The notes under the pieces are model-generated. The model made no database searches. It saw only the letters and a list, made by a program, of their open reading frames with translations, and had not been told where the DNA came from. From positions 260,243-324,242 of the forward strand of contig CAVVTA010000009.1 in the NCBI GenBank assembly GCA_963751045.1: a stretch of 64,000 nt of DNA, read 5' to 3'. Within the stretch, counting starts at the first letter, position 1. Every line of letters starts with the position of its first letter. This document shows positions 1-9,479 of this stretch, in pieces. This stretch comes from an uncultured Actinomycetota bacterium. GTDB taxonomy: Bacteria; Actinomycetota; Actinomycetes; Propionibacteriales; Propionibacteriaceae. The position numbers and the translations under genes were made by a program.

Positions 1-476
1 AGCACCGTGTACCCGATGGCCAGACCCAGGACGACGACAGCGGCGACCACACCGATCAGCAGACCGAGCCTCTTCCGTTCCCCCGGCGTGCGCTCGTCGT
101 CGTCGAGCAGGTCTTCCTCGACGCGCTGCACCCGCGAACCGGTCGCGGTCCGGGGCAGGATGGTGGTCGAATCCTCGTCACGGGCGCGCCGGTTGGGCCC
201 GCGGGGTCCGCTCCGAGCCCTCGCGCGGGCCCGGCTGAGGATCTGCGTCTCGTCGTTCGCCCCAGCCGCCCGTACGGTGGTCTCGTCCTTCGGGTCGATC
301 GCCGGCGACCGGGCCTCGTCCCGGTACAGCGGCTTGGGTGCGTCCTCACCGAAGTCGACCGCTGTATCGGGTCCCTGGGGGTCGCCGATGGGCGGTACGG
401 GGGAAGCCTCCGGCTCGGCGGGCTCGTCCCGATTGGCTCGCCGAGGACGGGAGGACCCCTGGTTCTCGTCAACCAT
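1..476 (-). CDS. Partial CDS (N-terminal part, runs off the left edge): membrane-anchored protein with a charged/Pro-rich N-terminus followed by one TM helix
   Basis: Absent from the ORF track because there is no stop in the window. Minus-strand ATG at 476-474 with AGGAG about 11 nt upstream. Own translation: MVDENQGSSRPRRANRDEPAEPEASPVPPIGDP...GERKRLGLLIGVVAAVVVLGLAIGYTV. Divergent from the perM-like gene. Confidence 0.55.
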   Translation of the reverse strand, partial: MVDENQGSSRPRRANRDEPAEPEASPVPPIGDPQGPDTAVDFGEDAPKPLYRDEARSPAIDPKDETTVRAAGANDETQILSRARARARSGPRGPNRRARDEDSTTILPRTATGSRVQRVEEDLLDDDERTPGERKRLGLLIGVVAAVVVLGLAIGYTV

Positions 477-605
477 CGTGCGGGCGCTCCTACTGCTCAG
501 GTCTGCCTTCCGGCGGTGCGGACAGGCACAGACGAGAGATGACTTTACCCGCTTCGGGCGTGTCTGCACGATGCGCGCTGCGGCCCCGGCGAGCATGGAC
601 TGGCC

Positions 606-1871
606 ATGGCTTCCCTGCTCTCACCCCGCCAGATCCGGTCGCGATTGTCCACCCGATTGTCGCTCCGGGCCACCGTGCCCACCGATGATCGCCCCGACCC
701 GGGTCCGGTCGGAGAGCTGCCGGGTTGGAGCTGGTTGTTGGCGGCGGCCGGCGGCGCCGTGGTCACAGCCCTGGCCGGCTGGGTCCTCGTCGCCGGTCTG
801 GCGGTCGTCGGCTGGGTCACCTCCGAACCGGGAACCCTCGGTGAAGCGCTCGGTGTCGGGACTGAGCTGTGGTTACTGGCGAACGGCGGCGGCAGTCAAG
901 TCGGCGGTCTCACGCTGACGCTCGTCCCCTGGGGTTTCGTGCTGGTGATCGGGTTCTTGATCGTTCGTTGTGCCGGCTTCGCGGCTCGGCCCCTCCCGTC
1001 CGGCAGCGGCTCGGCCGTGTTGAGTGTCGCCGTGGTGATGACCGTCGCCTACCTGGCCCCGTTGATGGCCACCGCGTTGCTGCTCGGGCATCCCTTCGCC
1101 GCGGTCCGCAGTGCCGCGGTGATGAGCGCGGTGGTCGCGGCGACGGCGGCTTGGGGAGCCGGTCGCGCCCTGGACTGCCGGCCGCTCGACCGCTGGCCCG
1201 CCTGGTCGAGGACGCTGCCGCGGGCGGTACTGGCCGCCCAGCTGGTGATGGCGTCGGTCGGGGCGGCCGCACTCGTCACCGCCGCCGTCCAGCAGCTCGG
1301 CCGGATCGAACGGCTGGTGCAGACCTTGGACGCGGGATTGGCGGGCAACATCGCCTTGCTGGCCCTGCAGTTGGCGTTCGCCCCCAACCTGATCGTCTGG
1401 GCCGCCTGCTACACCCTCGGCGCCGGCTTCAGCATGGGTCACGCATCGTTGGTCGCCCCGGCCGGCACCGAGGTGGGATTGCTCCCGGCGGTACCGATCT
1501 TCGGCGCCTTACCGGTGGTGGGGCCGGCCGGGTCGGCGGACGGCAGTCACCTGTGGTGGCTGGCGGGGGGAGTGCTCGCCGGTGCGGTAGCCGCGGCCGT
1601 GGTGGTCGTGGGCCGGCGGGCGGCTCGGTTCGACGAAACCAGCTTGGTCGGCGGGTTGGCCGGAGTGCTGGCCGGTGCCACCTTCACCGGACTGGCCTGG
1701 CTCAGCGGCGGTGACCTGGGGATCGCCCGCTTGATCGACCTGGGTCCGCGGATGCTGCCACTGCTCGTGCTGGCGGTCACCACCATGGGACTGTCGGGCA
1801 TGGCAACCGGCCTGGTTCTGGGATTGGTGCGGCTCATCCGACGCCACAGGCAGGCGCGGCGGCGGGCCTGA
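606..1871 (+). CDS. perM: Polytopic integral membrane protein, PerM-like (DUF6350 family)
   Basis: 421-aa ORF with many hydrophobic helices and Gly/Ala-rich segments. It sits directly upstream of purN-purH, as Rv0955 perM does in M. tuberculosis (synteny argument, no search run). Confidence 0.5.
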   Translation: MASLLSPRQIRSRLSTRLSLRATVPTDDRPDPGPVGELPGWSWLLAAAGGAVVTALAGWVLVAGLAVVGWVTSEPGTLGEALGVGTELWLLANGGGSQVGGLTLTLVPWGFVLVIGFLIVRCAGFAARPLPSGSGSAVLSVAVVMTVAYLAPLMATALLLGHPFAAVRSAAVMSAVVAATAAWGAGRALDCRPLDRWPAWSRTLPRAVLAAQLVMASVGAAALVTAAVQQLGRIERLVQTLDAGLAGNIALLALQLAFAPNLIVWAACYTLGAGFSMGHASLVAPAGTEVGLLPAVPIFGALPVVGPAGSADGSHLWWLAGGVLAGAVAAAVVVVGRRAARFDETSLVGGLAGVLAGATFTGLAWLSGGDLGIARLIDLGPRMLPLLVLAVTTMGLSGMATGLVLGLVRLIRRHRQARRRA

Positions 1872-2197
1872 TCGCTCGGCCCAGCGGGTCGGCCGTCGAT
1901 GCATGCGCCTGCCGCCCCGCCGAGCGGTCGGGGATGGGACCCAACATCTCGATGTCGTTCTGCTGGGCCAGTGCCAACACGTCGGCGATGTTCGATCGCC
2001 CTCTGGGGCCAGCGCGACCGCGGCCCGGAGAGTTCTCCATCGGTCCGCCCGGAACCTCGACGACACAAGCACGACGGTCAGCGGGCTGGCCGAGCGGGCT
2101 CAGCTGACCAAGCAAGCCATGGCCGTGTCGGTACGGGCACCTCGAGGTCATCCGCCGCGCGGTCGGATGAGATCGTGGTGCCGGGCACGCGGATAGG

Positions 2198-2887
2198 GTG
2201 GTCGTCGTGCCGGACGCCTCTCTCTCGACGCCGGCACCGACGACCCATTCCGCCCGTCCATCCGTGCACCCGCTGCGATTGGTGGTGTTGATCTCGGGCA
2301 CGGGTACGCTGCTGCAGGCCCTGCTGGACGCGAGCGCCGACGAAAGATACGAAGCCGGATACGGAGCCACCGTGGTCGCGGTCGGCTCCGACCGGGACGG
2401 GATCGCCGGCCTGGAGCGGGCGCGAGCCGTTGGCTTACCGGTCTTCGTGCACCCGGTGGATGCGGTCGCGGATCGCTCGGCGTGGGATCGGCAGCTCGCG
2501 GACGCTGTTGGCGGGCATCAACCAGACCTCGTGATCTGCGCCGGTTTCATGCGGCTGCTCGGACCCGCCTTTCTCGAGCGCTTCGGGGGCCGGACGCTGA
2601 ACACCCACCCGGCCCTGCTGCCTTCCTTCCCCGGCATGCACGGACCCCGCGACGCCCTGGCGTACGGCGTCAAGATCACCGGAGCAACCGTGATCATGGT
2701 CGACGCCGGAGTCGACACCGGGGTGATCATCGACCAGGTGGCCGTGCCGGTCATCGACTCCGACACCGTCGAGGTGCTGCACGAGCGGATCAAGGTCGCC
2801 GAGCGGGAGCTCCTCGTCGCGACCGTCCACCGGCTCGCCACGCATACGTGGCGGGTCATCGACCGAAAGGTGCGCTGGGAATCATGA
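2198..2887 (+). CDS. purN: Phosphoribosylglycinamide formyltransferase
   Basis: [21 protein letters not shown]-terminal motif and the [12 protein letters not shown] formyltransferase motif. The stop overlaps the purH ATG (ATGA at 2884-2887). GTG start at 2198; the true start may lie slightly downstream. Confidence 0.9.
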   Translation: MVVVPDASLSTPAPTTHSARPSVHPLRLVVLISGTGTLLQALLDASADERYEAGYGATVVAVGSDRDGIAGLERARAVGLPVFVHPVDAVADRSAWDRQLADAVGGHQPDLVICAGFMRLLGPAFLERFGGRTLNTHPALLPSFPGMHGPRDALAYGVKITGATVIMVDAGVDTGVIIDQVAVPVIDSDTVEVLHERIKVAERELLVATVHRLATHTWRVIDRKVRWES

Positions 2888-4515
2888 CGGAAGCAGGTAC
2901 GGAGCCGATGACCGAAGCCAGAACCGAACCCGGGCCGGACGCACTCGATGCTGATCTTGGTCGCCGGCGGATCCGGCGGGCGCTGGTCTCGGTGTACGAC
3001 AAGAGCGATCTCACCCAGATCGGTGCGCTGCTGGTCGACGCCGGGGTCGAACTGGTCTCGACCGGATCGACCGCGCGCACCCTGGTCGAGGCCGGACTGC
3101 CGGTGACGCCGGTCGAGCAGGTGACGGGCTTCGCCGAGTGCCTGGACGGGCGGGTCAAGACCCTGCATCCCCACATTCACGCCGGTCTGCTCGCCGACCT
3201 CCGGCTGGACTCGCACGTGGCTCAGCTGAGAGCGCTGGGCATCGGCCCGTTCGAGTTGCTGATCAGCAATCTGTACCCGTTCCGCGACACGGTGGCCTCC
3301 GGGGCCAGCCCCGACGAATGCGTCGATCAGATCGACATCGGCGGGCCGGCGATGGTCCGGGGCGCGGCCAAGAACCACGCCTGCGTCGCGGTCATCACCT
3401 CGCCCGCGCAGTACCCGACGCTGCGCCAGGCGCTCGGCGCCGGCGGCTTCACCCTGGCGGAGCGGCAGGGCTTGGCGGCGACCGCCTTCGCGCACACCGC
3501 CAGTTACGACGTGGCCGTCGCCTCCTGGATGGGACAGGAGCTGACCGACTCGGCGGCGGGCACCGGGCTTCCGGTATGGGCCGGCGCCACCTGGTCACGG
3601 GCGGCGGTGCTGCGCTACGGGGAGAACCCGCACCAGCGGGCGGCGCTGTACCGCGACCAGCAGCAGTCCGATGGCCTGGCCGGCGCGCGGCAAATTCACG
3701 GCAAGGAGATGTCGTACAACAACTACGTCGACGCGGACGCCGCCCGGCGGACGGCGTACGACTTCGACGCGCCCGCGGTCGCGATCATCAAACACGCCAA
3801 CCCGTGCGGGATCGCGATCGGGGCGGACATCGCGGAGGCGCATCGACGGGCGCATGCTTGCGATCCGGTGTCGGCGTTCGGCGGCGTCGTCGCCGCCAAC
3901 CTCCCGGTGAGCGCAGCCATGGCGAGTCAGATCGCCGAGGTCTTCACCGAAGTCGTGGTCGCCCCCGGCTTCGAGGAGGGTGCCGTGGCGATCCTCGCGG
4001 CGAAGAAGAACATCCGGCTGCTCGAGGTGGAACCACCGCGAACCCGCGCTGGACTGGAGATCCGAGCCGTTGACGGGGGCGTCCTGGTCCAGTCCCGCGA
4101 TGTGGTGGGCGCCGACCACGACAGGGCCGCGCACTGGAAGTTGGTCGCCGGCGAACCGGCCGGCACCGAGCAGCTGGCCGACCTCGAATTCGCCTGGGCC
4201 GCCGTACGGGCGGTCAAGTCGAACGCCATCCTGCTGGCCCGGGACGGAGCCTCGGTCGGAGTCGGCATGGGACAGGTGAACCGGGTCGACTCGTGTCGGC
4301 TCGCGGTGTCGAGGGCGGGTGTGCGCGCGGCCGGGTCGGTGGCCGCATCGGATGCGTTCTTCCCGTTCGCCGACGGGCCCGAGCTGTTGATCCACGCCGG
4401 AATAGCGGCGATCGTGCAGCCGGGCGGTTCGGTCCGCGACCCCGAGGTGATCGAGGCGGCAGCGCAGGCGGGCGTCACCATGTACCTGACCGGTGCTCGG
4501 CACTTCTACCACTGA
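2884..4515 (+). CDS. purH: Bifunctional AICAR formyltransferase / IMP cyclohydrolase
   Basis: [13 protein letters not shown]...STGSTA...[15 protein letters not shown] and a C-terminal AICARFT region ending TGARHFYH. The ORF-track ORF 2482-4515 is trimmed to the in-frame ATG at 2884, which overlaps the purN stop. Confidence 0.92.
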   Translation: MTEAGTEPMTEARTEPGPDALDADLGRRRIRRALVSVYDKSDLTQIGALLVDAGVELVSTGSTARTLVEAGLPVTPVEQVTGFAECLDGRVKTLHPHIHAGLLADLRLDSHVAQLRALGIGPFELLISNLYPFRDTVASGASPDECVDQIDIGGPAMVRGAAKNHACVAVITSPAQYPTLRQALGAGGFTLAERQGLAATAFAHTASYDVAVASWMGQELTDSAAGTGLPVWAGATWSRAAVLRYGENPHQRAALYRDQQQSDGLAGARQIHGKEMSYNNYVDADAARRTAYDFDAPAVAIIKHANPCGIAIGADIAEAHRRAHACDPVSAFGGVVAANLPVSAAMASQIAEVFTEVVVAPGFEEGAVAILAAKKNIRLLEVEPPRTRAGLEIRAVDGGVLVQSRDVVGADHDRAAHWKLVAGEPAGTEQLADLEFAWAAVRAVKSNAILLARDGASVGVGMGQVNRVDSCRLAVSRAGVRAAGSVAASDAFFPFADGPELLIHAGIAAIVQPGGSVRDPEVIEAAAQAGVTMYLTGARHFYH

Positions 4516-4533
4516 TTCCCCCAGGAAGAGAAC

Positions 4534-5400
4534 ATGACCGCAAAACTGCTCGACGGCAAGGCGCTCGCTGCGCAGATCAAGGCCGATCTCGCGGAGCGGG
4601 TGAAGGTGTTGGCTGCGGGCGGGATGACCCCGGGCCTGGGGACCGTCCTGGTCGGTGACGATCCCGGCAGCCGGTCGTACGTGGCGGGCAAACACCGGGA
4701 CTGCCAGCAGGTGGGGATCGCCTCCATCCAGGTGGAGCTGCCCGCAGCAACATCACCGGACGACCTGAGGGCCAAGATCGAAGAGCTCAACGCAGACCCG
4801 GCCTGCACCGGCTTCCTCGTGCAGATCCCGTTGCCCGGTCCGCTCGACGACGGCTGGGCCCTGAGCCTGGTCGACCCGGCCAAGGATGCGGACGGCCTGC
4901 ACCCCATGAATCTTGGCCGGCTGGTGCTGGGGGAGCCCGGACCGTTGCCCTGCACGCCACGGGGGCTGGTCGAACTGTTGCGCCGCAACGGGATCGACCT
5001 GGCTGGAAAGGTGGTGTGCGTCATCGGACGCGGCACCACCGTCGGCCGCCCGCTCGGTCTGCTGCTCAGCCGGAAGAGCGAGAACGCGACGGTCATCTTG
5101 TGTCACACCGGCACCGTCGACGTGGCGGCCCACACCCGCCAGGCCGACGTAGTCGTCGCGGCGGCCGGTCGGCCCGGTCTGGTCACCGCCGACATGGTCA
5201 AGCCCGGTGCGGTCTGCGTCGACGTCGGCATCACCCGAACGGAGGACGGCCTGGTCGGAGATCTGGACTCCAGCGTGCACGAGGTGGCCTCGTTCGTCGC
5301 GCCGGTGCCCGGCGGGGTGGGTCCGATGACCCGGGCGATGCTGTTGACGAACGTGGTCGAGCGAGCCGAGGCCGTCATACGGGAGAGGGTGCGGGAGTGA
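4534..5400 (+). CDS. folD: Bifunctional 5,10-methylene-THF dehydrogenase / methenyl-THF cyclohydrolase
   Basis: [19 protein letters not shown]...[13 protein letters not shown]...[10 protein letters not shown]...[10 protein letters not shown] are typical FolD motifs. Confidence 0.93.
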   Translation: MTAKLLDGKALAAQIKADLAERVKVLAAGGMTPGLGTVLVGDDPGSRSYVAGKHRDCQQVGIASIQVELPAATSPDDLRAKIEELNADPACTGFLVQIPLPGPLDDGWALSLVDPAKDADGLHPMNLGRLVLGEPGPLPCTPRGLVELLRRNGIDLAGKVVCVIGRGTTVGRPLGLLLSRKSENATVILCHTGTVDVAAHTRQADVVVAAAGRPGLVTADMVKPGAVCVDVGITRTEDGLVGDLDSSVHEVASFVAPVPGGVGPMTRAMLLTNVVERAEAVIRERVRE

Positions 5401-5720
5401 CGCCAACTCCGACTCCGCCGACCGGCCTCCCTCCCACACCGGCTCACACCCCACGTACGGGCCGCTGGTGGCCGGTGCTCGTGGTCTGCGCCGGAGTCCT
5501 GCTCGGATTGGTCATCAGTGTCGTCGGTCCGGACAGCTGGCGGTTGGGTGGACTGGTGATCGGCTGCGCCCTGCTCGTGGGTGCGGCGATCCGGATCGTG
5601 CTGCCGGCCCGGGAGGTCGGGCTGCTGCAGGTTCGGAGCCGTGGCTTCGACATCGCGGCGCTGACGATCGGCGGGGTCGCGATCATCGCCCTGGCCATCG
5701 CCATCCCGCCTGGGCGCTGA
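5397..5720 (+). CDS. Small membrane protein, DUF3017-like
   Basis: In-frame GTG at 5397 overlaps the folD stop (GTGA). Two or three TM helices ([54 protein letters not shown]). A small membrane protein follows folD in many actinobacteria. Confidence 0.6.
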   Translation: MTPTPTPPTGLPPTPAHTPRTGRWWPVLVVCAGVLLGLVISVVGPDSWRLGGLVIGCALLVGAAIRIVLPAREVGLLQVRSRGFDIAALTIGGVAIIALAIAIPPGR

Positions 5721-5729
5721 GCTCAACCG

Positions 5730-6785
5730 ATGAGAGGACCCGCGATGGAGGCACCCCTGGAACTGGGCATCGACACCTTCGGTGACGTCACGGTCGGGCC
5801 GGACGGGGGCCGGCTGAGCCACAGCGAGGTGCTCCGCAACCTGGTCGAACAGGCGGTGGTGGCCGATCGGGTGGGACTGTCGTTCATCGGCGTCGGAGAG
5901 CATCACCGCGAAGATTTCGCGGTCTCCGCGCCGGACGTCGTGCTGGCGGCCATCGCGGGGCGGACGGAGCGGATCCGGCTCGGGTCGGCGGTGACCGTCC
6001 TCAGCTCGGACGACCCGGTTCGTGTGTTCCAACGGTTCGCAACTCTCGACGGCCTCTCCGGCGGTCGGGCCGAGGTGATCCTGGGACGCGGCTCGTTCAC
6101 CGAGTCCTTCCCGCTGTTCGGCTATCAGCTCGCCGACTACGAGGATCTTTTCGCCGAGAAGCTCGACCTGTTCGTGGCGCTGCGCGAGCAGCGACCGGTG
6201 ACCTGGAGTGGCCGGACTCGGGCCGGGCTCGACCAGCAGATGGTCTACCCGCCCGTCGCGAAGCCGCCGCTGAAAACCTGGGTCGGGGTCGGCGGTAGCC
6301 CTCAATCGGTGATCAGAACCGCTCGCTACGGGCTGCCGATGATGTTGGCCATCATCGGTGGGCAGCCGATGGCGTTCGCCCCGTACGTGCAGTTGTTCCA
6401 CGAGGCGCTGACCCAGCTGAAGTTGCCCGCTCAACCGGTCGGCGTGCACTCACCCGGGTACGTCGCCGCCAGCGACGAGCAGGCGATGCACGAACTGTGG
6501 CCGCACTACTCGGTGATGATGACGAGGATCGGCCGCGAGCGGGGCTGGCCGCCGCTGACCCGGGATCAGTTCGAGTTGCAGGCGGGCCCGGACGGATCGC
6601 TGTTCGTGGGTTCCCCGGAAACGGTGGCGACCAAGATCGCAACGGTGGCCCGAGGCCTGGGCCTGGCCCGATTCGACCTCAAATACAGCCACGGCACGTT
6701 GGCCCATGAGCAACTGATGACCTGCATCGAGCTTTACGGGACCGAGGTCGCTCCTCGGGTGCAGACGCTGCTGGCGAGGACCTAG
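5730..6785 (+). CDS. LLM-class (luciferase-like) flavin-dependent oxidoreductase
   Basis: LELGIDTFGD...GLSFIGVGEHH...SGGRAEVILGRGS is typical of this class. An alternative ATG lies at 5745. Confidence 0.8.
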   Translation: MRGPAMEAPLELGIDTFGDVTVGPDGGRLSHSEVLRNLVEQAVVADRVGLSFIGVGEHHREDFAVSAPDVVLAAIAGRTERIRLGSAVTVLSSDDPVRVFQRFATLDGLSGGRAEVILGRGSFTESFPLFGYQLADYEDLFAEKLDLFVALREQRPVTWSGRTRAGLDQQMVYPPVAKPPLKTWVGVGGSPQSVIRTARYGLPMMLAIIGGQPMAFAPYVQLFHEALTQLKLPAQPVGVHSPGYVAASDEQAMHELWPHYSVMMTRIGRERGWPPLTRDQFELQAGPDGSLFVGSPETVATKIATVARGLGLARFDLKYSHGTLAHEQLMTCIELYGTEVAPRVQTLLART

Positions 6786-7177
6786 CCCGCGCTGCTCATG
6801 GCGGCCACCGTCACGATGATCGTGAAGATGAGGAAGAACACGATCGTGACGATTCCGAGGATCGTGAACACCATGCCGAGGATGCGCCCGATGTTGATGT
6901 TCTGCTCGTTGCTGTAATGCTGACCCGAGGCCCGGATCTCCTTCAGCGCCTTGCTGCCGAGATACCAGGCGAAGGGGGCGGCCAGGGTGAAGAAGATGCC
7001 GACGATACCGAGCACCAGCACGGTCGTGCCTTGCGGGTGCTCTTGCGGAGCCATCGGATAACTCTGCCCGTACTGCATCGGAGCGGCGGGCTGGTTCGGT
7101 GCGGTCGGCTGCGACGGCGGCGGCGACGAATAGGGATCGTTCGGCTGCGACGGCGACGGCGAATACGGATCGGTCAT
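6782..7177 (-). CDS. DUF4190-type small membrane protein with Pro-rich N-terminus
   Basis: Pro/Ser/Gln-rich head followed by two TM helices (GTTVLVLGIVGIFFTLAAPFAWYLG...GRILGMVFTILGIVTIVFFLIF). Confidence 0.7.
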   Translation of the reverse strand: MTDPYSPSPSQPNDPYSSPPPSQPTAPNQPAAPMQYGQSYPMAPQEHPQGTTVLVLGIVGIFFTLAAPFAWYLGSKALKEIRASGQHYSNEQNINIGRILGMVFTILGIVTIVFFLIFTIIVTVAAMSSAG

Positions 7178-7247
7178 GGTCGTTCCTCGTCCCTTCGGCC
7201 CTCGACGGATTGTCTGCAGGTGTTCTCAGCAGACTATCGGTCCCGGG

Positions 7248-7949
7248 TCAATTGGAGAATGCTCCGACGGCGACTCCGATAATCACGAATACGACAGCCA
7301 ACACGAGCAACACGACCGAGATGATGCCCAGCACCCACCCGGCGGTGGCCAGTCCACGGCCGCTGTACTGGCCGGGGGCGGCGTCGATCTCCTTCCGCAC
7401 CCGTCCTCCCAGCACAAGGCCGCCGATGCCGACCGGAGTGCAGACCACCATCCCGACCAGGCCCAGCACGAAAGCCGTCACGGCCTGTGGATGGTTGGGC
7501 GGTGGGCCGTACGCGGCGTACCCGGGATAAGCACCTTGGTAGGGGGTCACCTCGTAGGGGTTACTGCCGTAACCGCCGGAGGACGGCGCTTCTGGATGGC
7601 TCTGGGGGGCATCGGCCGACGACGGATAGCTGGAGGAGGATCCGTAGCCCGGCATGGACTGCGGATCGTACGGCTGATACGGCGGCTGGTAGGGCTGCTG
7701 GTAGGGCTGCTGGTAGGGCTGATCCGGCGGCAGCGGGCGCGTCGGCTCCGTCCCGGACGGCGGGTAGCCCGGCCAGTCCGGAGCCGAGGATGCCGACGAG
7801 GGTCCCGCAGCGGTCGAGCCCGAGTCGGAGCTCGGGCGCTCCCAACCGGTCGGCTGCCCTGAAGAGGGGTCGCTCCCCGAGTCGGGGGCCGGCCTGCGGG
7901 GGTCGGTCGGATCGGGTCCGCTGTCAGTCATGGTTCTAGTCTGAGCCAT
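7248..7949 (-). CDS. DUF4190-type membrane protein with a long Pro/Gln/Tyr-rich N-terminus
   Basis: The C-terminus AVTAFVLGLVGMVVCTPVGIGGLVLG...ATAGWVLGIISVVLLVLAVVFVIIG matches the DUF4190 pattern. The head contains QPYQQPYQQPYQPPYQPY. Confidence 0.7.
   Translation of the reverse strand: MAQTRTMTDSGPDPTDPRRPAPDSGSDPSSGQPTGWERPSSDSGSTAAGPSSASSAPDWPGYPPSGTEPTRPLPPDQPYQQPYQQPYQPPYQPYDPQSMPGYGSSSSYPSSADAPQSHPEAPSSGGYGSNPYEVTPYQGAYPGYAAYGPPPNHPQAVTAFVLGLVGMVVCTPVGIGGLVLGGRVRKEIDAAPGQYSGRGLATAGWVLGIISVVLLVLAVVFVIIGVAVGAFSN
7685..7720. repeat. Perfect tandem 12-nt repeat x3 inside the DUF4190 gene
   Basis: GCTGGTAGGGCT x3 on the plus strand, encoding (QPYQ)x3 on the minus strand. Confidence 0.85.
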
Positions 7950-7988
7950 TCCGGGTGTGCCGGGCGCGATTACCCGAACACCGTGTCG

Positions 7989-9443
7989 TCAGCTGCTCGA
8001 CTCCTCAGACCGTGCCGGCAAGATCTCGAGGACCGTCCCGTAATCGGGAACTTTGGGACCTTGTGTAAGGAGCCAGGCCAACGCGTCCGAGGGCCGCTCA
8101 TCGTGTTCCTGACACCGGCGCGCAATCGCCCCACTGATCTGCGGGGTGGCGAATGAGGTACCCGACCAAACCGCCCACGGGTTCTCGCCGGTGAACACGT
8201 CTGGAGCGTGACGATCGATCTCCTTGGTTTCCCGGCCGCGGACGAAGGGGGCCAGCACGCACTCTGCTGTCGTCGAGCAGGTGATCCAGAACCCGCGCGA
8301 GGAGAAGTCGGCCGGCTCCAGATCCACGGACAGGCCGGCCACCGCGACCACCGGGACGCCCAGCTGAGGCATACCGCTGAAGGCGGCCGGAAACACCGGA
8401 CGCGAGGTGGCGTTGTTTCCCGCCGCCGCGACCACGACGACGTCGCGCTCAGAATCAGCGGCGAGCCTCTCGCCGATGATCTCCAGGGCCACCATCGTGG
8501 CCACCGGAGGCTGGTCGTGAGGCGTCTCGGTGCCGAGCGAGAGGTTGATGATGTCCGCGCCGGCGTCGAACGCCTCCAGCATGGCGATGGCCACATCGAC
8601 GTCCACCCCGATGCCGTCCTGGCCGATCGCCCGCCGAACGAGCAGGTCGGCGGTCGGCGCCACCTGCCGCACCACACCCGCGACGAAGGTGCCGTGACCG
8701 GCGCAGTAGTCGAACTCACCCAATCCGTCCTCCCCGGCCCCTACCACCTCGTACAACGGGTCGATGTCGGCTTCGTCAGGTGTGATCCCGTCTAGCCAGC
8801 GGTCACTCCGGGCCTGGGTGCTGAAGCCGGTGTCAATAACCGCCACCTTGATCGGGCGCGTGGGCGACCCTTGCTCGGGTGGGCGCACCGGCCTCCGCTC
8901 CGTGGGCTCGGGTCCGGTCTCCCGCGGATCACCCTTGGTCACGTAAGCCCCCAGCGGCTCGACCTGATTCAGCGAAGCCTGGTAGCCGGCCAACCGAAGC
9001 TCCTCGACCGCGAGTGCCAACTCTCCGGTGGTCAGTTTGGGGTTGGAGAGCAGCGTGACGCGGGCGTCCAGCTGTTCCACCGGGTCCTCGGTGAAGTTGT
9101 AGTTCCGCAAGAGGTCGCGCATGGATGCCACCCGATAAACATCGTCGCGGCCGTCCAGGTCAGCGGTGCGGACGACGATCTCGTCGAGGGTGAGTAGTGG
9201 TTGCCCGGTCTCGTCGATGACCTGCTTCAGGCGTGCCCCGGTCGACTTGAGCAGCCCGCCCGGCCTCAGGCGCCGCTGGATCAGTCTGGTGTTGATCGCC
9301 AGGTGCTTCCTGCGCCGGCTGGACACGCTTCCGAGCAGACCTGATCGCTGCAACTCTGCCGCCGTGCGATCGGCCGGCCTCGGCAGAGGATAGCTGTCCC
9401 CGCCGACCAAGTCGAAGGGTCGTCCGGGTGAGACGTTGGGCAT
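7989..9443 (-). CDS. S8 family serine peptidase (subtilase) without signal peptide, with an approximately 200-aa N-terminal extension
   Basis: Catalytic motifs VAVIDTGF (Asp codon 8832-8834), AGHGTFVAG (His 8694-8696) and SGTSFATP (Ser 8154-8156). GAGAGGA lies 7 nt upstream of the ATG. The N-terminus is hydrophilic. Confidence 0.85.
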   Translation of the reverse strand: MPNVSPGRPFDLVGGDSYPLPRPADRTAAELQRSGLLGSVSSRRRKHLAINTRLIQRRLRPGGLLKSTGARLKQVIDETGQPLLTLDEIVVRTADLDGRDDVYRVASMRDLLRNYNFTEDPVEQLDARVTLLSNPKLTTGELALAVEELRLAGYQASLNQVEPLGAYVTKGDPRETGPEPTERRPVRPPEQGSPTRPIKVAVIDTGFSTQARSDRWLDGITPDEADIDPLYEVVGAGEDGLGEFDYCAGHGTFVAGVVRQVAPTADLLVRRAIGQDGIGVDVDVAIAMLEAFDAGADIINLSLGTETPHDQPPVATMVALEIIGERLAADSERDVVVVAAAGNNATSRPVFPAAFSGMPQLGVPVVAVAGLSVDLEPADFSSRGFWITCSTTAECVLAPFVRGRETKEIDRHAPDVFTGENPWAVWSGTSFATPQISGAIARRCQEHDERPSDALAWLLTQGPKVPDYGTVLEILPARSEESSS

Positions 9444-9479
9444 TCTGCGGTCCTCTCGGTTGGGGAATCGGTCGCCCGG

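Noticed and set aside
7-918. 303-aa plus-strand ORF at the left edge, and the 56-472 minus-strand ORF.
   Set aside because: Both have non-protein-like, Arg/Ser/Pro-rich sequence. A different minus-strand frame, open to the window edge, gives a plausible protein with an SD and a TM helix. I annotated that frame instead.
1872-2197. ZTP (pfl) riboswitch upstream of purN-purH-folD.
   Set aside because: This would be the expected place for one. However, I could not find the conserved pfl elements by eye: an ACUGGCG-type 5' subdomain and the CCGCCUGGGC 3' pseudoknot strand. Only a loose CCGCCCGGAAC is present. A cmscan would be decisive.
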